64,000 nucleotides of DNA from Deltaproteobacteria bacterium (GCA_021831785.1 JAKBMB010000029.1:87065-151064); one strand, 5' to 3'. Positions 49,249-60,210 are shown, numbered from the stretch's first letter. Numbers and translations are program-made. Notes: generated from the letters alone by a model not told the origin.

Positions 49249-50082
49249 ATGTCTGTCAGCCGCTTCGCAAACGCAAACGGGCTAAAGCTCCATTACCTGG
49301 ACTACGGCAACGGAGACGCGCCGGCACTGGTGTGCATCCACGGGCTGACCGGAAATGCGCATAACTTCGACGCCGTTGCGCCCCATCTTAGGCACGCCTA
49401 TCGCGTAGTCTCGCTCGACGTGCGCGGGCGGGGCGATAGCCAATGGGGCCCGCCGGAGAACTACACATACTCCCAGTATGCGAGCGACTTGGCGAGCTTT
49501 CTCGACGCGCTCGATATCCGGCGCGTGAGCCTGCTCGGCACCTCGATGGGTGGGATAATCTCGATGATCTACGCCGCAAGCCACTCCCAGCGTATCGAGC
49601 GCGTCGTGCTTAACGATATCGGTCCGGAGTTTGACCTGGCTGGCGTCGAGCGGATTCTTGACTCCGTGTCTGAGGCGCCGCGTGAGTTTCGCGACCTGGA
49701 TGAGGTGGCAGCCTATTATCGCGCGGCCTATCCGCCGCTGGCCGACGCTCCGGTGCAAAGCTTGCTTGGGTTCTGCCGATGGGCGGTCAGGGAAGGCGAA
49801 AACGGGCGACAGGTATGGAAAACGGACCCGGCGGTGAGGCGAGTGCGGCCAACCGGGCCCTCAAGCGTGCTGCCCGACCTCTGGGCGATGTACCGCCGAA
49901 TCACGGCCCCGGTGCTGGTGATTCGCGGCGCCGAGAGCGACCTGCTTTCGCCTGCCACAACGCAGCGGATGCGCGCGGCGCACGCTAAAACACGGGTCGT
50001 CGAAGTGCCCGGCGCGGGACACGCGCCGTTTCTTACCGAACCCGAAGCACTCGCCGCGCTCAAGGAATTTTTCGCCTGCTAG
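49249..50082 (+). CDS. Alpha/beta-fold hydrolase
   Basis: HGLTGNAHNF oxyanion region, GTSMGG nucleophile elbow, and a C-terminal GHAPF catalytic His. Confidence 0.7.
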   Translation: MSVSRFANANGLKLHYLDYGNGDAPALVCIHGLTGNAHNFDAVAPHLRHAYRVVSLDVRGRGDSQWGPPENYTYSQYASDLASFLDALDIRRVSLLGTSMGGIISMIYAASHSQRIERVVLNDIGPEFDLAGVERILDSVSEAPREFRDLDEVAAYYRAAYPPLADAPVQSLLGFCRWAVREGENGRQVWKTDPAVRRVRPTGPSSVLPDLWAMYRRITAPVLVIRGAESDLLSPATTQRMRAAHAKTRVVEVPGAGHAPFLTEPEALAALKEFFAC

Positions 50083-50272
50083 CGACGCGCGGTTGCTCGG
50101 CGCTAGGGCACCGAATAAGTGGGAACCTGAGTCGGTCCCGGTGGCAGCACTCGGCACTGACTTGGCCTGATTACGATCAAGCCTTGGGATGGACGCGAGA
50201 TTTGCAGGCGCGTCGCATAGCGCCCAATTGGCCGGCCAGGGGTCATCGTTGGCCAAGTCCTGGTATAGTAGA

Positions 50273-51034
50273 ATGGGTTTGGCGATGGCGCTTTTGCCGA
50301 TCTTCGTAGAGGTTGGCGACCGACCCGTGCTGGTGGTCGGCGGCGGCGCGGTGGCGCTGCGCAAGGTCGAAGGCCTGCGCAAAGCCGGAGCGTCGGTGAC
50401 GGTGATAAGTCCGCGGCTGACGGCCCGGCTCAAGAAGCTCGCGGACCAAGGCGCGCTGCGCCATATCGAGCGCCGTTATCGGCCGGGCGATATGGGCGGC
50501 TTTAGCTTGATTTACGCGGCGACTGACGATGCCGCGCTGGAGCGCAAACTGTTTGCGGAAGCCCAGCGCTTGGGCCTGATGATCAACGTCGCCGGCCAGC
50601 CGGAGCTGTGCAGCTTTATCGTGCCCGCAAGTATCAGGCGCGGCGATTTGCTGGTGGCGATTTCCACCGCCGGCGCGAGCCCGGCCTTAGCGCGCAGGCT
50701 GCGCCAGCAACTCGAGCTTGCCTTGGGTCCGGAGTACGAGGCACTGGTCGATCTGATGGGCCGGGCGCGCAGGCGCTTGCGCGAGAGCTTATGCGACGGT
50801 CGCTCGCGGATGCGCCGGCTCAATGCGCTGGCCGACTCCGAGATCGGCGAATGCCTGCGCCGCCACGACCTCGAGCGAGTTGACCGGCTGCTGGCCGAGC
50901 ATCTGGGGGAAGGATTTGACTTGGCCGCCTTAGGCTTTAGCGCCGAGCGGCTGGACGCCTTGTTTGGCCCGCGGCTCCAGGGCGCAGATCGGCCGGCGGA
51001 ATGCGGAGTTGGCGCCGCGGATGATCGAGCCTAA
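50273..51034 (+). CDS. sirC: Precorrin-2 dehydrogenase / sirohydrochlorin ferrochelatase (SirC/CysG N-terminal domain-like)
   Basis: FVEVGDRPVLVVGGGAVALRKVEGLRKAGASVTVISP Rossmann motif and the CysG-N-like body. Heads the hem cluster. The ORF track starts at 50189. Confidence 0.7.
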   Translation: MGLAMALLPIFVEVGDRPVLVVGGGAVALRKVEGLRKAGASVTVISPRLTARLKKLADQGALRHIERRYRPGDMGGFSLIYAATDDAALERKLFAEAQRLGLMINVAGQPELCSFIVPASIRRGDLLVAISTAGASPALARRLRQQLELALGPEYEALVDLMGRARRRLRESLCDGRSRMRRLNALADSEIGECLRRHDLERVDRLLAEHLGEGFDLAALGFSAERLDALFGPRLQGADRPAECGVGAADDRA

Positions 51035-51036
51035 TT

Positions 51037-51864
51037 ATGATTACGCCTTGGACGCTCGCTGCCTTGCTCGGCTACGTCGCTGCCGCCGGCGCGTTCGCGG
51101 CCGGGCTGTGGTCGCCGCGTGAGCGGTTGACTTCATGGGGCACTACGGCTTTGGCCCTCGGCGCCGGCTTTCAGGCCGTCGATTTGTTTTTGGGGGCGCT
51201 CAAGGCGGGCAATATGCCGGTGGTGAACTTCGCCCAATCGCTGGCTTTCTTGGCCTGGGTCACGGCGCTGGCCGGCCTGGTGACTATCGTGCGCCTGCGG
51301 CTGGTTCTAGTGGGCGCGGTGGTCGCCCCGGCGGTTACCATCGCGCTTGGCGCGGCTTGCCTGGCCGCCGAGAACGGCGACCGTTCCTTTCCCCAGGCGC
51401 TGCGCAGCGCCTGGTTGCCGGTGCATGTGACGCTGGCCTTCCTCGGCCAAGCCCTGTTCGTCCTAGCGGCCGGAGTGAGTCTGCTTTACCTGCTCAAGGA
51501 GTCGCGGCTTAAGGCCAGGCGTCCGTTGGAAATCCCCGACAGTCGGCTGCCGAGTCTGGAGAGTCTCGACCGCATCAATTATCGTCTGCTGGTGTGGGGC
51601 TTTGTTCTGCTCAGCCTTGCAATCGTAACCGGGGCGCTGTGGGCTGCCGCGACTTGGGGCCGGTTTTGGTCATGGGAGCCGGTGGAGTTGTGGTCGTTGG
51701 TCTTATGGGTTCTTTACGCCGCCCTGCTTCAGTCGCGGCTTGCTATCGGGGTTCGCGGGCGGCGCGCCGCACGGCTGACGATCGCGCTGTTCGCGGTTCT
51801 GCTATGTTCGTACCTCGGGGTTAACTTGCTGATCCCCGGCAAGCACGGCGGAAGCTTCGGCTAG
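51037..51864 (+). CDS. hemX: Cytochrome c assembly-like membrane protein (CcsA/HemX family)
   Basis: Polytopic, with a Trp-rich WGRFWSWEPVELWSLVLW motif. Sits between sirC and hemA, as HemX does in hemAXCDBL operons. Confidence 0.7.
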   Translation: MITPWTLAALLGYVAAAGAFAAGLWSPRERLTSWGTTALALGAGFQAVDLFLGALKAGNMPVVNFAQSLAFLAWVTALAGLVTIVRLRLVLVGAVVAPAVTIALGAACLAAENGDRSFPQALRSAWLPVHVTLAFLGQALFVLAAGVSLLYLLKESRLKARRPLEIPDSRLPSLESLDRINYRLLVWGFVLLSLAIVTGALWAAATWGRFWSWEPVELWSLVLWVLYAALLQSRLAIGVRGRRAARLTIALFAVLLCSYLGVNLLIPGKHGGSFG

Positions 51865-51867
51865 CTG

Positions 51868-53214
51868 ATGATTAACGACACCTTGTGCATCATTGGTTTG
51901 AGCCATCACACGGCCCCGGTCGAGGTGCGCGAGCGTCTCGCCTTTAGCCCGCGCGAGGTCGCCGGCGCGCTCGTAAACCTCAAGCGCAGCCGGCCTGCCG
52001 TGAGCGAGGCGGCGTTGCTTTCGACTTGCAACCGGGTCGAGATGGTCGCCGCGACAGCCGATCCGGACCTGGCGCAGGCCGAACTCCTAAGCTTTCTGGC
52101 CGCCGAGCGCAAGCTTGAGCAAAGCGCGCTGCGAAGTCTGCACTACCGGCTTGCCGGACGGGACGCCGTGCGTCATCTTTTCCGCGTCGGTGCGAGCCTG
52201 GACTCGATGGTCGTCGGCGAGCCGCAGATTCTGGGCCAGCTTAAGGCCGCCTATGCGCAGGCGGTTGAGGCCGGCGTCGTCGGCCTGATTCTTCATCGCG
52301 CCTTTCACAAGACCTTCTCGGTGGCCAAGCTGGTGCGCAAAAGCACCGCGATCGGCGCCGGCGCGGTCTCGGTCAGCGCCGCGGCGGTGAAGCTGGCCCG
52401 CCAGATCTTCGATTCGCTCCAGGACAAGACGATCATGCTGCTCGGGGCCGGTCGGATGGCGGAGTTGACCGCGCGCAATCTGGCGCGTCTGGGGGTCGAG
52501 TCGCTGGTCATCGCCAACCGCCGCTTGGAGCGCGCGATGGAGCTGGCGCGTGATCTCGGCGGCACCGCAGTGACGCTCGAACATTGCACGCCCTATCTCA
52601 AGCTCGCCGACGTGGTGATCGGTTCGGCGGCGGTCAGCGAACCGATCCTGACGCCGGCCGAGCTTTACCCGGTGATGCGCGAGCGGCTGCACCGGCCGAT
52701 GTTCCTCATCGACCTCGGCGTCCCGCGCAACTTTCACCGTGGTCTCAACGAGCTGGAGAACGTCTTTCTCTACGACATCGACGACTTGGGCCGCGTCGCC
52801 GCCGAGGCACTCAACGAGCGTGAGCAGGAGGCGCATCGGGCCGAGCTTATCGTCGAGCGCGAGGTGGACGCGTTCTGCCGCTGGCTGGAACGGCTGGAGC
52901 TGGTGCCCGCAATCAAGGCGGTTCGCTCGCGCATCGAGCTTCTGCGCGACGGTGAGTTAGAGCGCCACCGCGCCTGGCTGGCTACGCTGGCACCGCAGGA
53001 GCGCGCACATGTAGAAGCGCTGACCCGCGGCCTGACCAACAAGATTCTCCATCAAATTCTGAGCGAGCTGCGCCGTCTTGGCCAGGAGCCCGACAAGCGG
53101 TTCGCGCTGGTGATCGCGCAGCGCCTGTTGGGCGCCAGTCTCGCGCCCGCCGCGGCCGCGCTGATCGCGCCCGCGGCGGGCGACGACGAGGGCGGCGGCG
53201 AGCCGCAGAGCTGA
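51868..53214 (+). CDS. hemA: Glutamyl-tRNA reductase
   Basis: IIGLSHHTAPVEVRERLAF, the catalytic Cys in STCNR, and the NADPH-binding domain. Confidence 0.9.
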   Translation: MINDTLCIIGLSHHTAPVEVRERLAFSPREVAGALVNLKRSRPAVSEAALLSTCNRVEMVAATADPDLAQAELLSFLAAERKLEQSALRSLHYRLAGRDAVRHLFRVGASLDSMVVGEPQILGQLKAAYAQAVEAGVVGLILHRAFHKTFSVAKLVRKSTAIGAGAVSVSAAAVKLARQIFDSLQDKTIMLLGAGRMAELTARNLARLGVESLVIANRRLERAMELARDLGGTAVTLEHCTPYLKLADVVIGSAAVSEPILTPAELYPVMRERLHRPMFLIDLGVPRNFHRGLNELENVFLYDIDDLGRVAAEALNEREQEAHRAELIVEREVDAFCRWLERLELVPAIKAVRSRIELLRDGELERHRAWLATLAPQERAHVEALTRGLTNKILHQILSELRRLGQEPDKRFALVIAQRLLGASLAPAAAALIAPAAGDDEGGGEPQS

Positions 53215-53241
53215 GTCGTCGGCAGCGCAGGGACAGGCCGT

Positions 53242-54192
53242 ATGGCGTTCGTACTACGGCTCGGCTCACGGCCGAGCAAGCTGGCCCTCATTCAGGCGGA
53301 GCTGGTTAAAAGCGCGCTTCGGGCCGCTGCCGGAGACCTAAGCGTCGAGATCGTCCCGATTAGAACCTCCGGCGACCGGCTGGCGCGCAGGGGGCCGCTG
53401 AAGCCCGCGGGCAACAAGCGACTTTTCATCGAGGAACTTGAACAGGCGCTTAGCGCGTGGCACGTGGACCTCAATGTGCATTCGATGAAGGACTTGCCGG
53501 CGGTGCTCGGTCCGCGCTTTCGCATCGTCGCCGTGCCGCGGCGCGAGGATCCGCGCGACGCTCTGGTCTCGCGCGTCGGCGCCGGTATCGGCGCCTTGCC
53601 CGTGGGCGCTATGGTGGGGACCTCCTCCGCGCGCCGCATGTTCGAAGCCCGGCGCGCGCGCGCCGACCTGCGCGTGCTCCCGATGCGGGGCAACGTGGAC
53701 ACGCGCTTAAGCCGCCTTGAGGCCGGCGAGTTCGACGGCGCGATCCTTGCGCTCGCCGGGCTAAAGCGTCTGGGGCGGGCAGAAATGCGTGGTCTCGCGC
53801 CGCTCGACGAGGAGACGTTCGTCCCCGCTGCCGGACAGGGCGCGTTGGCGCTCGAGGCCCTCAGCGGCCGCGCCGTCGGCGGCTCGCGCGAGCTCGAGGC
53901 GCTGGCCGGCGAGCTTAACGATAGCGTTGCCGCGGCCGAGACCGAAGCCGAGCGCGCTTTTCTCGCCGAGCTCGGCGCAAGCTGCGCCTCCCCGCTAGGA
54001 GTGCGCGCGCGGATGACCGACGGCGCGCTCTCCATGCGCGCGCTGCTCTTCAGCCACGACGGCGCGCAAGCGATTGAGGATACGGTGTCCGAAGCCGCCG
54101 AGCCAGCGAAAAGTGGTCCCGCCCTGCTCGGGCGCGAACTGGGGCGTCGGATGCTCGAGGCGGGAGGGCGCGCGCTGCTCGCCGATGACTGA
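53242..54192 (+). CDS. hemC: Hydroxymethylbilane synthase (porphobilinogen deaminase)
   Basis: LRLGSRPSKLALIQAELV...VEIVPIRTSGD and the cofactor-binding Cys region. Confidence 0.9.
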   Translation: MAFVLRLGSRPSKLALIQAELVKSALRAAAGDLSVEIVPIRTSGDRLARRGPLKPAGNKRLFIEELEQALSAWHVDLNVHSMKDLPAVLGPRFRIVAVPRREDPRDALVSRVGAGIGALPVGAMVGTSSARRMFEARRARADLRVLPMRGNVDTRLSRLEAGEFDGAILALAGLKRLGRAEMRGLAPLDEETFVPAAGQGALALEALSGRAVGGSRELEALAGELNDSVAAAETEAERAFLAELGASCASPLGVRARMTDGALSMRALLFSHDGAQAIEDTVSEAAEPAKSGPALLGRELGRRMLEAGGRALLADD

Positions 54193-55726
54193 ACACGCAG
54201 CGGGCAAAGTATGGCTGGTCGGCGCCGGCCCCGGCGCCTTCGAGTTGATCACGCTGCGCGGCGCCGACGTGATGCGCCGCGCTCAAGTGGTGATTTACGA
54301 TCATCTGGTCAACGATGACCTTTTGGAGCTCGCGCCGGCTGGCGCCGAGCTTATCTACGCGGGCAAAAAAGGCGGCGCCACTTACGCGCTGAGCCAGGAG
54401 GAGATCAACCGGCTGGTGATCGGACATGCGCGCGCCGGAAAGCGCGTGGTCAGGCTCAAGGGGGGGGACCCGTCGATCTTCGGGCGCGGCGGCGAAGAAA
54501 TGGTTGCGCTGGCCGCGGCCGAGGTCGAGTTCGAAGTCGTGCCGGGGGTAACCGCGGCGACCGCCGCGCCGGCCTTCGCCGGGATTCCGCTTACCCATCG
54601 CGACTACGGCTCCTTCGTCACCGTCGTGACCGGCCATCAGGGGCGTACCAAGGCCACGGGTGGCGCGGTGCCGTGGCGGGAGTTCGCTCGCGCGGGCGCA
54701 CAGGGCGGCACGTTGGTGTTGTTGATGGCCACCGCGCGGATGGGCGAGCTGATGGCGGGTCTGATCGAGCATGGGATGAGCGCGCAAACGCCCGCGGCGA
54801 TAATCCAGAGCGCTACCACCGCGGCGCAGAAAACGGTGATCGCTACGGTGGAGACGCTAGAACAGACAGCCCGCGCCGCCGGAGTCGAACCGCCCGCGGT
54901 GATCGTCGTCGGCCAGTGCGTGCGGCTCGGTGCGCAACTGCGATGGTTCGAGCGCAAGCCGCTGTTCGGTCGGCAGATCGTGGTCACCCGCGCGCGCGAA
55001 AAAGCAGCCGCGCTCGCCCGCGAGCTCGGCGATATGGGGGCGCAAGTGGTGCACGTGGCCGCGATCGAGACCGCCGAGCCGGACAGTTACGCCGAGCTCG
55101 ACAGCGCCCTGTCGCGCTTGGCGGAGTTCGACTGGGTGATCTTTACCAGCGCGGCGGGCGTCGAATGCTTCCTGGCGCGTCTAGCGCGCCTGAATCGCGA
55201 CATCCGCGAGCTTTCGCGCGCGCGAATCGCCGCGATCGGCCCGGCCACTGCGTCGCGACTGCGCGCGTGCGGCCTCACGGTGGCCGCGATGCCCGCGCAG
55301 TATCGTTCCGAAGCGATCATCGAAGCCTTGGGTGAAGCGCAAATTCGTAACGCGCGATTGCTGCTGCCTCGCGCTCAGGTCGCGGGGCAGACGCTGCCCC
55401 AACTCTTGCTGGCGCGCGGGGCTCGCGCGGTCGAGGATGCCCCAACCTACAAAACGGTCAAGCCGGCCGGTCCGCGCGCCAAGCGCGTCGGCGAGGCGAT
55501 TAGAGCGGGCGCGCTCGATCTCGTCACGTTTACCAGCCCCAGCACGGTGATTAACTTCCATGCGATGTTCGGTCCTCAGGCTGCGGGCCTTAAAGCCGCC
55601 GCCATCGGCCCGGTGACCGCGGCCGCCTGCCGCAAACTTGGCTTCGAGGTCGTGGCCGAAGCCCGCGAACATACGATCGGCGGCCTGGTTCGGGCGATCC
55701 GTGATTACTTCTCGCCTTCGGGGTGA
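54185..55726 (+). CDS. cobA-hemD: Fused uroporphyrinogen-III C-methyltransferase / uroporphyrinogen-III synthase
   Basis: N-terminal SUMT ([34 protein letters not shown]) and C-terminal HemD ([37 protein letters not shown]). ATGA overlap with the hemC stop. Confidence 0.85.
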   Translation: MTEHAAGKVWLVGAGPGAFELITLRGADVMRRAQVVIYDHLVNDDLLELAPAGAELIYAGKKGGATYALSQEEINRLVIGHARAGKRVVRLKGGDPSIFGRGGEEMVALAAAEVEFEVVPGVTAATAAPAFAGIPLTHRDYGSFVTVVTGHQGRTKATGGAVPWREFARAGAQGGTLVLLMATARMGELMAGLIEHGMSAQTPAAIIQSATTAAQKTVIATVETLEQTARAAGVEPPAVIVVGQCVRLGAQLRWFERKPLFGRQIVVTRAREKAAALARELGDMGAQVVHVAAIETAEPDSYAELDSALSRLAEFDWVIFTSAAGVECFLARLARLNRDIRELSRARIAAIGPATASRLRACGLTVAAMPAQYRSEAIIEALGEAQIRNARLLLPRAQVAGQTLPQLLLARGARAVEDAPTYKTVKPAGPRAKRVGEAIRAGALDLVTFTSPSTVINFHAMFGPQAAGLKAAAIGPVTAAACRKLGFEVVAEAREHTIGGLVRAIRDYFSPSG

Positions 55727-55820
55727 TGCGCCGCATCCGATGGCGCAACTTCCTCGTCGGCCGAATCGTTATATAATATATAATCAGTTGCAGAATTCGG
55801 CTCGCGCGCGAGGTGAACCC

Positions 55821-56795
55821 ATGGCTTTTCCAACGACGCGGATGCGCCGCTTAAGGCGCACCGAAGAGCTGCGGCGCATGATGCGCGAGACGCGGCTTTT
55901 GCCCGCCGACTTCATTCAGCCGCTGTTCGTCTGTCCCGGGCGCGACGTGGCGCGCGCGGTCAGCTCGATGCCGGGGGTGGCGCAGCTTTCGGTCGATCGC
56001 GTAGTGGGCGCGGCCAAAGAGGCTCAAGAAGCAGGAGTGCCCGCGGTCTTGCTCTTCGGCATCCCGCAGCGCAAAGACGCTGTGGGCAGCGAGTCGTGGA
56101 GCGCGCAAGGAGTGGTGCAGAGGGCGGTCAGTGAAATCAAGGAACGGGTCGCCGGTCTTGCGGTGATTACCGACGTCTGCATGTGCGAGTATACCGACCA
56201 CGGCCATTGCGGCGCGGTCGCCGACGGCGAAGTGGACAACGACGCCACCCTCGAGCTGCTCACCCGCCAGGCGCTCTCCCATGCGCGCGCCGGGGCCGAT
56301 ATCGTAGCGCCGTCGGACATGATGGACGGACGCGTCGGCGCGATACGTAAGGGGCTGGACGAAAACGGACTGAGCCAAGTCGCGATCATGGCCTACGCGG
56401 CCAAATTCGCCTCAGCCTTTTACGGCCCCTTTCGCGAGGCCGCCGAATCGGCGCCCCAGTTCGGCGACCGGCGTTCCTACCAGATGGACCCGGCCAATGG
56501 GGACGAGGCGATGCGCGAGATAGAACTCGACCTTCAAGAGGGCGCCGACATCGTCATGGTCAAGCCGGCACTGGCTTATCTTGATTTGATTTACCGCGCC
56601 CGCCAAAAGTTCAACTGCCCGCTAGCGGCCTACAACGTCTCCGGCGAGTACGCCATGATTCGCGCCGCGGGACTAAACCGATGGATTGATGAGGACCGGT
56701 TAGTGCTGGAAGTCTTGACTGGGATAAAGCGCGCGGGCGCTAATCTCATTATCACTTACTTCGCCACTCAAGCCGCGCGCCGCCTAAGCGGCTAG
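55821..56795 (+). CDS. hemB: Porphobilinogen synthase (delta-aminolevulinic acid dehydratase)
   Basis: [20 protein letters not shown]..., a Zn site ([12 protein letters not shown]) and the active-site lysines. The ORF track starts at 55638. ATG at 55821 chosen. Confidence 0.9.
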   Translation: MAFPTTRMRRLRRTEELRRMMRETRLLPADFIQPLFVCPGRDVARAVSSMPGVAQLSVDRVVGAAKEAQEAGVPAVLLFGIPQRKDAVGSESWSAQGVVQRAVSEIKERVAGLAVITDVCMCEYTDHGHCGAVADGEVDNDATLELLTRQALSHARAGADIVAPSDMMDGRVGAIRKGLDENGLSQVAIMAYAAKFASAFYGPFREAAESAPQFGDRRSYQMDPANGDEAMREIELDLQEGADIVMVKPALAYLDLIYRARQKFNCPLAAYNVSGEYAMIRAAGLNRWIDEDRLVLEVLTGIKRAGANLIITYFATQAARRLSG

Positions 56796-57371
56796 CTCGA
56801 AGTTTTCCGCGGCTCGCCCGATTCTCGCAGCGCAGGCCCCGGCTTTATCCAGCTTAGCACCCCTCACTGACTAGATTTGCAGCCCCCAATGCCGCTTACC
56901 GCCAGGACTTAAACGACTCAGAAAAGCAGGAACCGTGCCAAGCGTGTCGCAAAGCGTGGCGCAAGCTGGAATTGCGCCCGTTGTGGCGAAAAGCGTAGGT
57001 TCTTGCTGTCGCGGCTTGCCGTCGATACGTATGGCAGCTAGGGTCAGGCTGCTGTATAAGTGGCGGCGTTGCTCTTGATAGTCGCGCGGGAAAAGAGCTA
57101 AATGAAAGCTTCCGAATTGAGCCTTAGCTGAGTTCTAGCGGGCAGCGGACGCTTAAGCCTATTTAAGCCGTCATAACCAGGTTTCTGCTGCCCGCGCAGG
57201 CGCGAAATTCCTAACTTAGCGTCAGGACATGACCCTTATACAAGGTGCCATTTGCGCTCAACGGCGGCGGCAAAAGGCGCAGCCGGCAATGCCCAGGCAA
57301 GAATAGGCGCTTGGCCAGGGGGGAAGGCAGGCGCCTGTTTTATGAATCCAGCTCAAAGATAAAGAAACCAT

Positions 57372-58520
57372 ATGCAGTGGCTTGACCATGAGTACCTAAG
57401 CCGCCTGCTTGAGAGCTGCCCCGAGATCGTCGTCGCAGTTGATAAAGCCGGCACAATTGTTTATTACAACGAAGGCGCCCGTCAGACCTTGCACTATAGT
57501 GCGCAAGAGGTGCTATCGCGCAACGTTGTCGGAACGCTCTATCCGTCGGTTGAGGAAGCTCGCCGGGTGATGCAGGCGATGGTCGAGCCGCCCGCTTACG
57601 GCCGGATTTGCGACTTCGAGACCGTTTTGTGCACCAAGGAGGGCGACCGGATTCCGGTTACCTTCTCGGGCTCGCTTTTGCGCGACGAGCAGGGCGCTGT
57701 GGTGGGCTCGATAGGGTTCGCGCGGGATCTGCGGGAGATGCGCCGGCGCGAGCAGTCGGCGACGACGTGCGAGATCGCGGTCAGCGTAGCGCACGAGGTC
57801 AACAACCCGCTGGAGGTAATCGCCAATAACCTGGAGTTGATACAGCGCTCGCTCCAAATCCGGTACGGCGACCTTCGCGCTGATAACAACCACGGACGCT
57901 TCGAGGCGATTCGAGCGGCGGTTGATCGGGTCAAGGCTATTGTGCATCGGCTTGACGAGATGGCCCGCGACGACACCTACGAAACCCGGCCCTACCTCCA
58001 CGATCAGCTCATGACCGACCTGCGCCCGCGCCTGAGTGGTGACGAAGAAATCGCCGAGCCCCGCCAGTGGAGTGAACATTACTTCCCGCTCGCCGGAATG
58101 GCGGTGCTGGTGGTTGACGATGACCTCTCGGTGGTCGCTTCGCTGGCCGATTTGCTGCGCGCCGAGCACTGTCAGGTATACGCGGCGTGCAGACCCAGCG
58201 ATGCGCTAAGGCTCGTGCGCGACATCGAACAACTCGACCTGGTCATTTCGGACGTGGTGATGGACGAGATGGACGGCTGCGAACTGTACAGGCGAGTCAA
58301 GACCCAGCGGCCGGAGCTGCCGGTAATTCTGACTACCGCTTATTACTACGACCGGGACCACGTAATAAAACGCTCGCGGCTGGCAGGACTCGAGCACGCC
58401 ATCTTCAAAAAGCCCATCAATCCGGCGCGCTTGCGCGAGCTGATGCTGAAGGCCCGGCAACAAAGCACCCTAAGCGTACCGGCGCAGCCGATGGAGCAAG
58501 CCGCCAAGCCTGCCGGTTGA
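57372..58520 (+). CDS. PAS - HisKA(DHp) - receiver (REC) signalling protein lacking a recognisable HATPase_c domain
   Basis: PAS (VVAVDKAGTIVYYNEGARQTLHY...), H-box SVAHEVNNPLEVIANNLELI, and REC (VLVVDDDLSV...LVISDVVMDEMDGCELY...KKP). Only about 70 aa separate DHp and REC, which is no room for an ATP-binding domain. Confidence 0.7.
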   Translation: MQWLDHEYLSRLLESCPEIVVAVDKAGTIVYYNEGARQTLHYSAQEVLSRNVVGTLYPSVEEARRVMQAMVEPPAYGRICDFETVLCTKEGDRIPVTFSGSLLRDEQGAVVGSIGFARDLREMRRREQSATTCEIAVSVAHEVNNPLEVIANNLELIQRSLQIRYGDLRADNNHGRFEAIRAAVDRVKAIVHRLDEMARDDTYETRPYLHDQLMTDLRPRLSGDEEIAEPRQWSEHYFPLAGMAVLVVDDDLSVVASLADLLRAEHCQVYAACRPSDALRLVRDIEQLDLVISDVVMDEMDGCELYRRVKTQRPELPVILTTAYYYDRDHVIKRSRLAGLEHAIFKKPINPARLRELMLKARQQSTLSVPAQPMEQAAKPAG

Positions 58521-58826
58521 GGCTTTCGCTCCCGCAAAGCCCGCTTTTGTCTTACCCCGCGCCGCTCGTCCCCTGACTACGGAGCCCGACGCCTTATATT
58601 CGCGTGCTCGGAGCGTTTGCCGGCCCGACGCAGGCGCTTTTCCGGCCGGCGCCAAAAATCGCGTGACGAAGCAGGACTCGCCGCGATGATCGTGCCAGCC
58701 GCCGGGAAAAGCAGGACAGGAACTCCGGCCGGCCGATTACGCGGCACTTTCGCAGTCTGCCCGCGGGGCGCGCCGGCGAGCGTCGGAGAGCCCCGCTTGG
58801 CGGACAGAGACCGGCCTGCCGCCGCC

Positions 58827-59969
58827 TTAAGTGTCACTGGCCGGCCCGGGGTCATCGCTTTGCACGACGAGCCGCTCTCCCGGTCCCAGCAGTTCCGCGC
58901 GCGCTTTCGGCAGGCAGTGAGGATAGTTGCGCTGCATAAATTCGATAAGCTTCTCGCGCACGGCGCAGCGCAGATCCCAAAGCTTCGAGGAATTTTCCGC
59001 GCTCACCAGGGCTCTCATCTCCACCGTGTGCTCGGTGGCATGCGTGACCTGGAGCACGCATACCTTGCCGTCCCAGAGCGGGAGGTCTTTGACGATGCGG
59101 CCGAGTGCCTCGCGGATTGCCGGCACCGGTATCGTGTAGTCGGCGTAAACGTGCACCGTGCCCATAAGGTTGGCCGAGTGGCGGGTCCAGTTCTGGAACG
59201 GATGCTGAATAAAATACGTCAGCGGCAAAACCAGGCGCTGCAGGTTCCAGATGCGCACGACGACGTAGGTGGTCGTGATCTCTTCGATCCAGCCCCATTG
59301 CCCTTCGACTATGACCACGTCTTCGATGCGTATGGGCTGGGTTATCGCCAGTTGAACGCCGGCGACGAGATTTGCGATCGTGGGACGGGCGGCGAGGCCA
59401 ACCGCGATGCCCGCGATTCCGGCGGAGGCCAGGATGCTGCCGCCCAGTTCCCGGCCCCAGTGAAACGACATCAGCGTTACCCCCGAGGCGAGCACGACGA
59501 TGACCACCAGCAGGATGCGCCGGAAGACGTGGATTTGGGTGACGATGCGGCGAGCCTTGAAGTTGTCCGTCTCCTGTAGCTCGTAGTGCGCTATCAGGGC
59601 GTCCGATAGCGCGAAGGCGAGCCGCCAAAGCGTCCATATCACCGCCGCCGTCTCGGTCACGGTTAGCGCATGTTCGAACGCGCCGGATAGCGACGGTCCA
59701 AGCCGCAGGAAGGGCAATACCACATCGACGGCGAACACCGGAAAGGCAAGCTGAAGCGGCGAGCGGCAGTTGCTGATGACCGACTGTACCAGCGTGCTCG
59801 GCTTTTTGCTCAGGCGCCGAAGGCAGAAAAAAAGGACCCCATACAGGAGAAGGCCGGCGACGATCGCGCCCGCGAGCAAAGCGGCGGAGATGACAAGCCC
59901 ATGCCAGTGCGCCGGAATCATCTGCGTTTGAATCATCGTCATTAAGCTCATCGCGCAGACCCCCCTCAT
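58827..59969 (-). CDS. mscS: Small-conductance mechanosensitive channel (MscS family)
   Basis: TM3/beta-domain signature GIAGIAVGLAARPTIANLVAGVQLAITQPIRIEDVVIVEGQWGWIEEI. The start is likely the internal Met around 59951. Confidence 0.8.
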   Translation of the reverse strand: MRGVCAMSLMTMIQTQMIPAHWHGLVISAALLAGAIVAGLLLYGVLFFCLRRLSKKPSTLVQSVISNCRSPLQLAFPVFAVDVVLPFLRLGPSLSGAFEHALTVTETAAVIWTLWRLAFALSDALIAHYELQETDNFKARRIVTQIHVFRRILLVVIVVLASGVTLMSFHWGRELGGSILASAGIAGIAVGLAARPTIANLVAGVQLAITQPIRIEDVVIVEGQWGWIEEITTTYVVVRIWNLQRLVLPLTYFIQHPFQNWTRHSANLMGTVHVYADYTIPVPAIREALGRIVKDLPLWDGKVCVLQVTHATEHTVEMRALVSAENSSKLWDLRCAVREKLIEFMQRNYPHCLPKARAELLGPGERLVVQSDDPGPASDT

Positions 59970-60210
59970 CGTGAATCAACTTCTTCAGCGCGCGGGTCAC
60001 AACTCAGCGGCGATTGAGGCGGCAAGGTAGGCGCGACCCGCGGCGATATAATTATCCGACGCAGAAAAGGGGAGGCCGATGCAACCCCCGTCTGTTCAAC
60101 GTCTCAGCTTGACTGCCAGGACGAGGCTGCAATAATACGCCCGTTGAGTTTCGGATTATGCAAAAGGCCGCGCCAGTTGCTAAACTGGAACGCTGAGGGG
60201 TGCGGTTACT

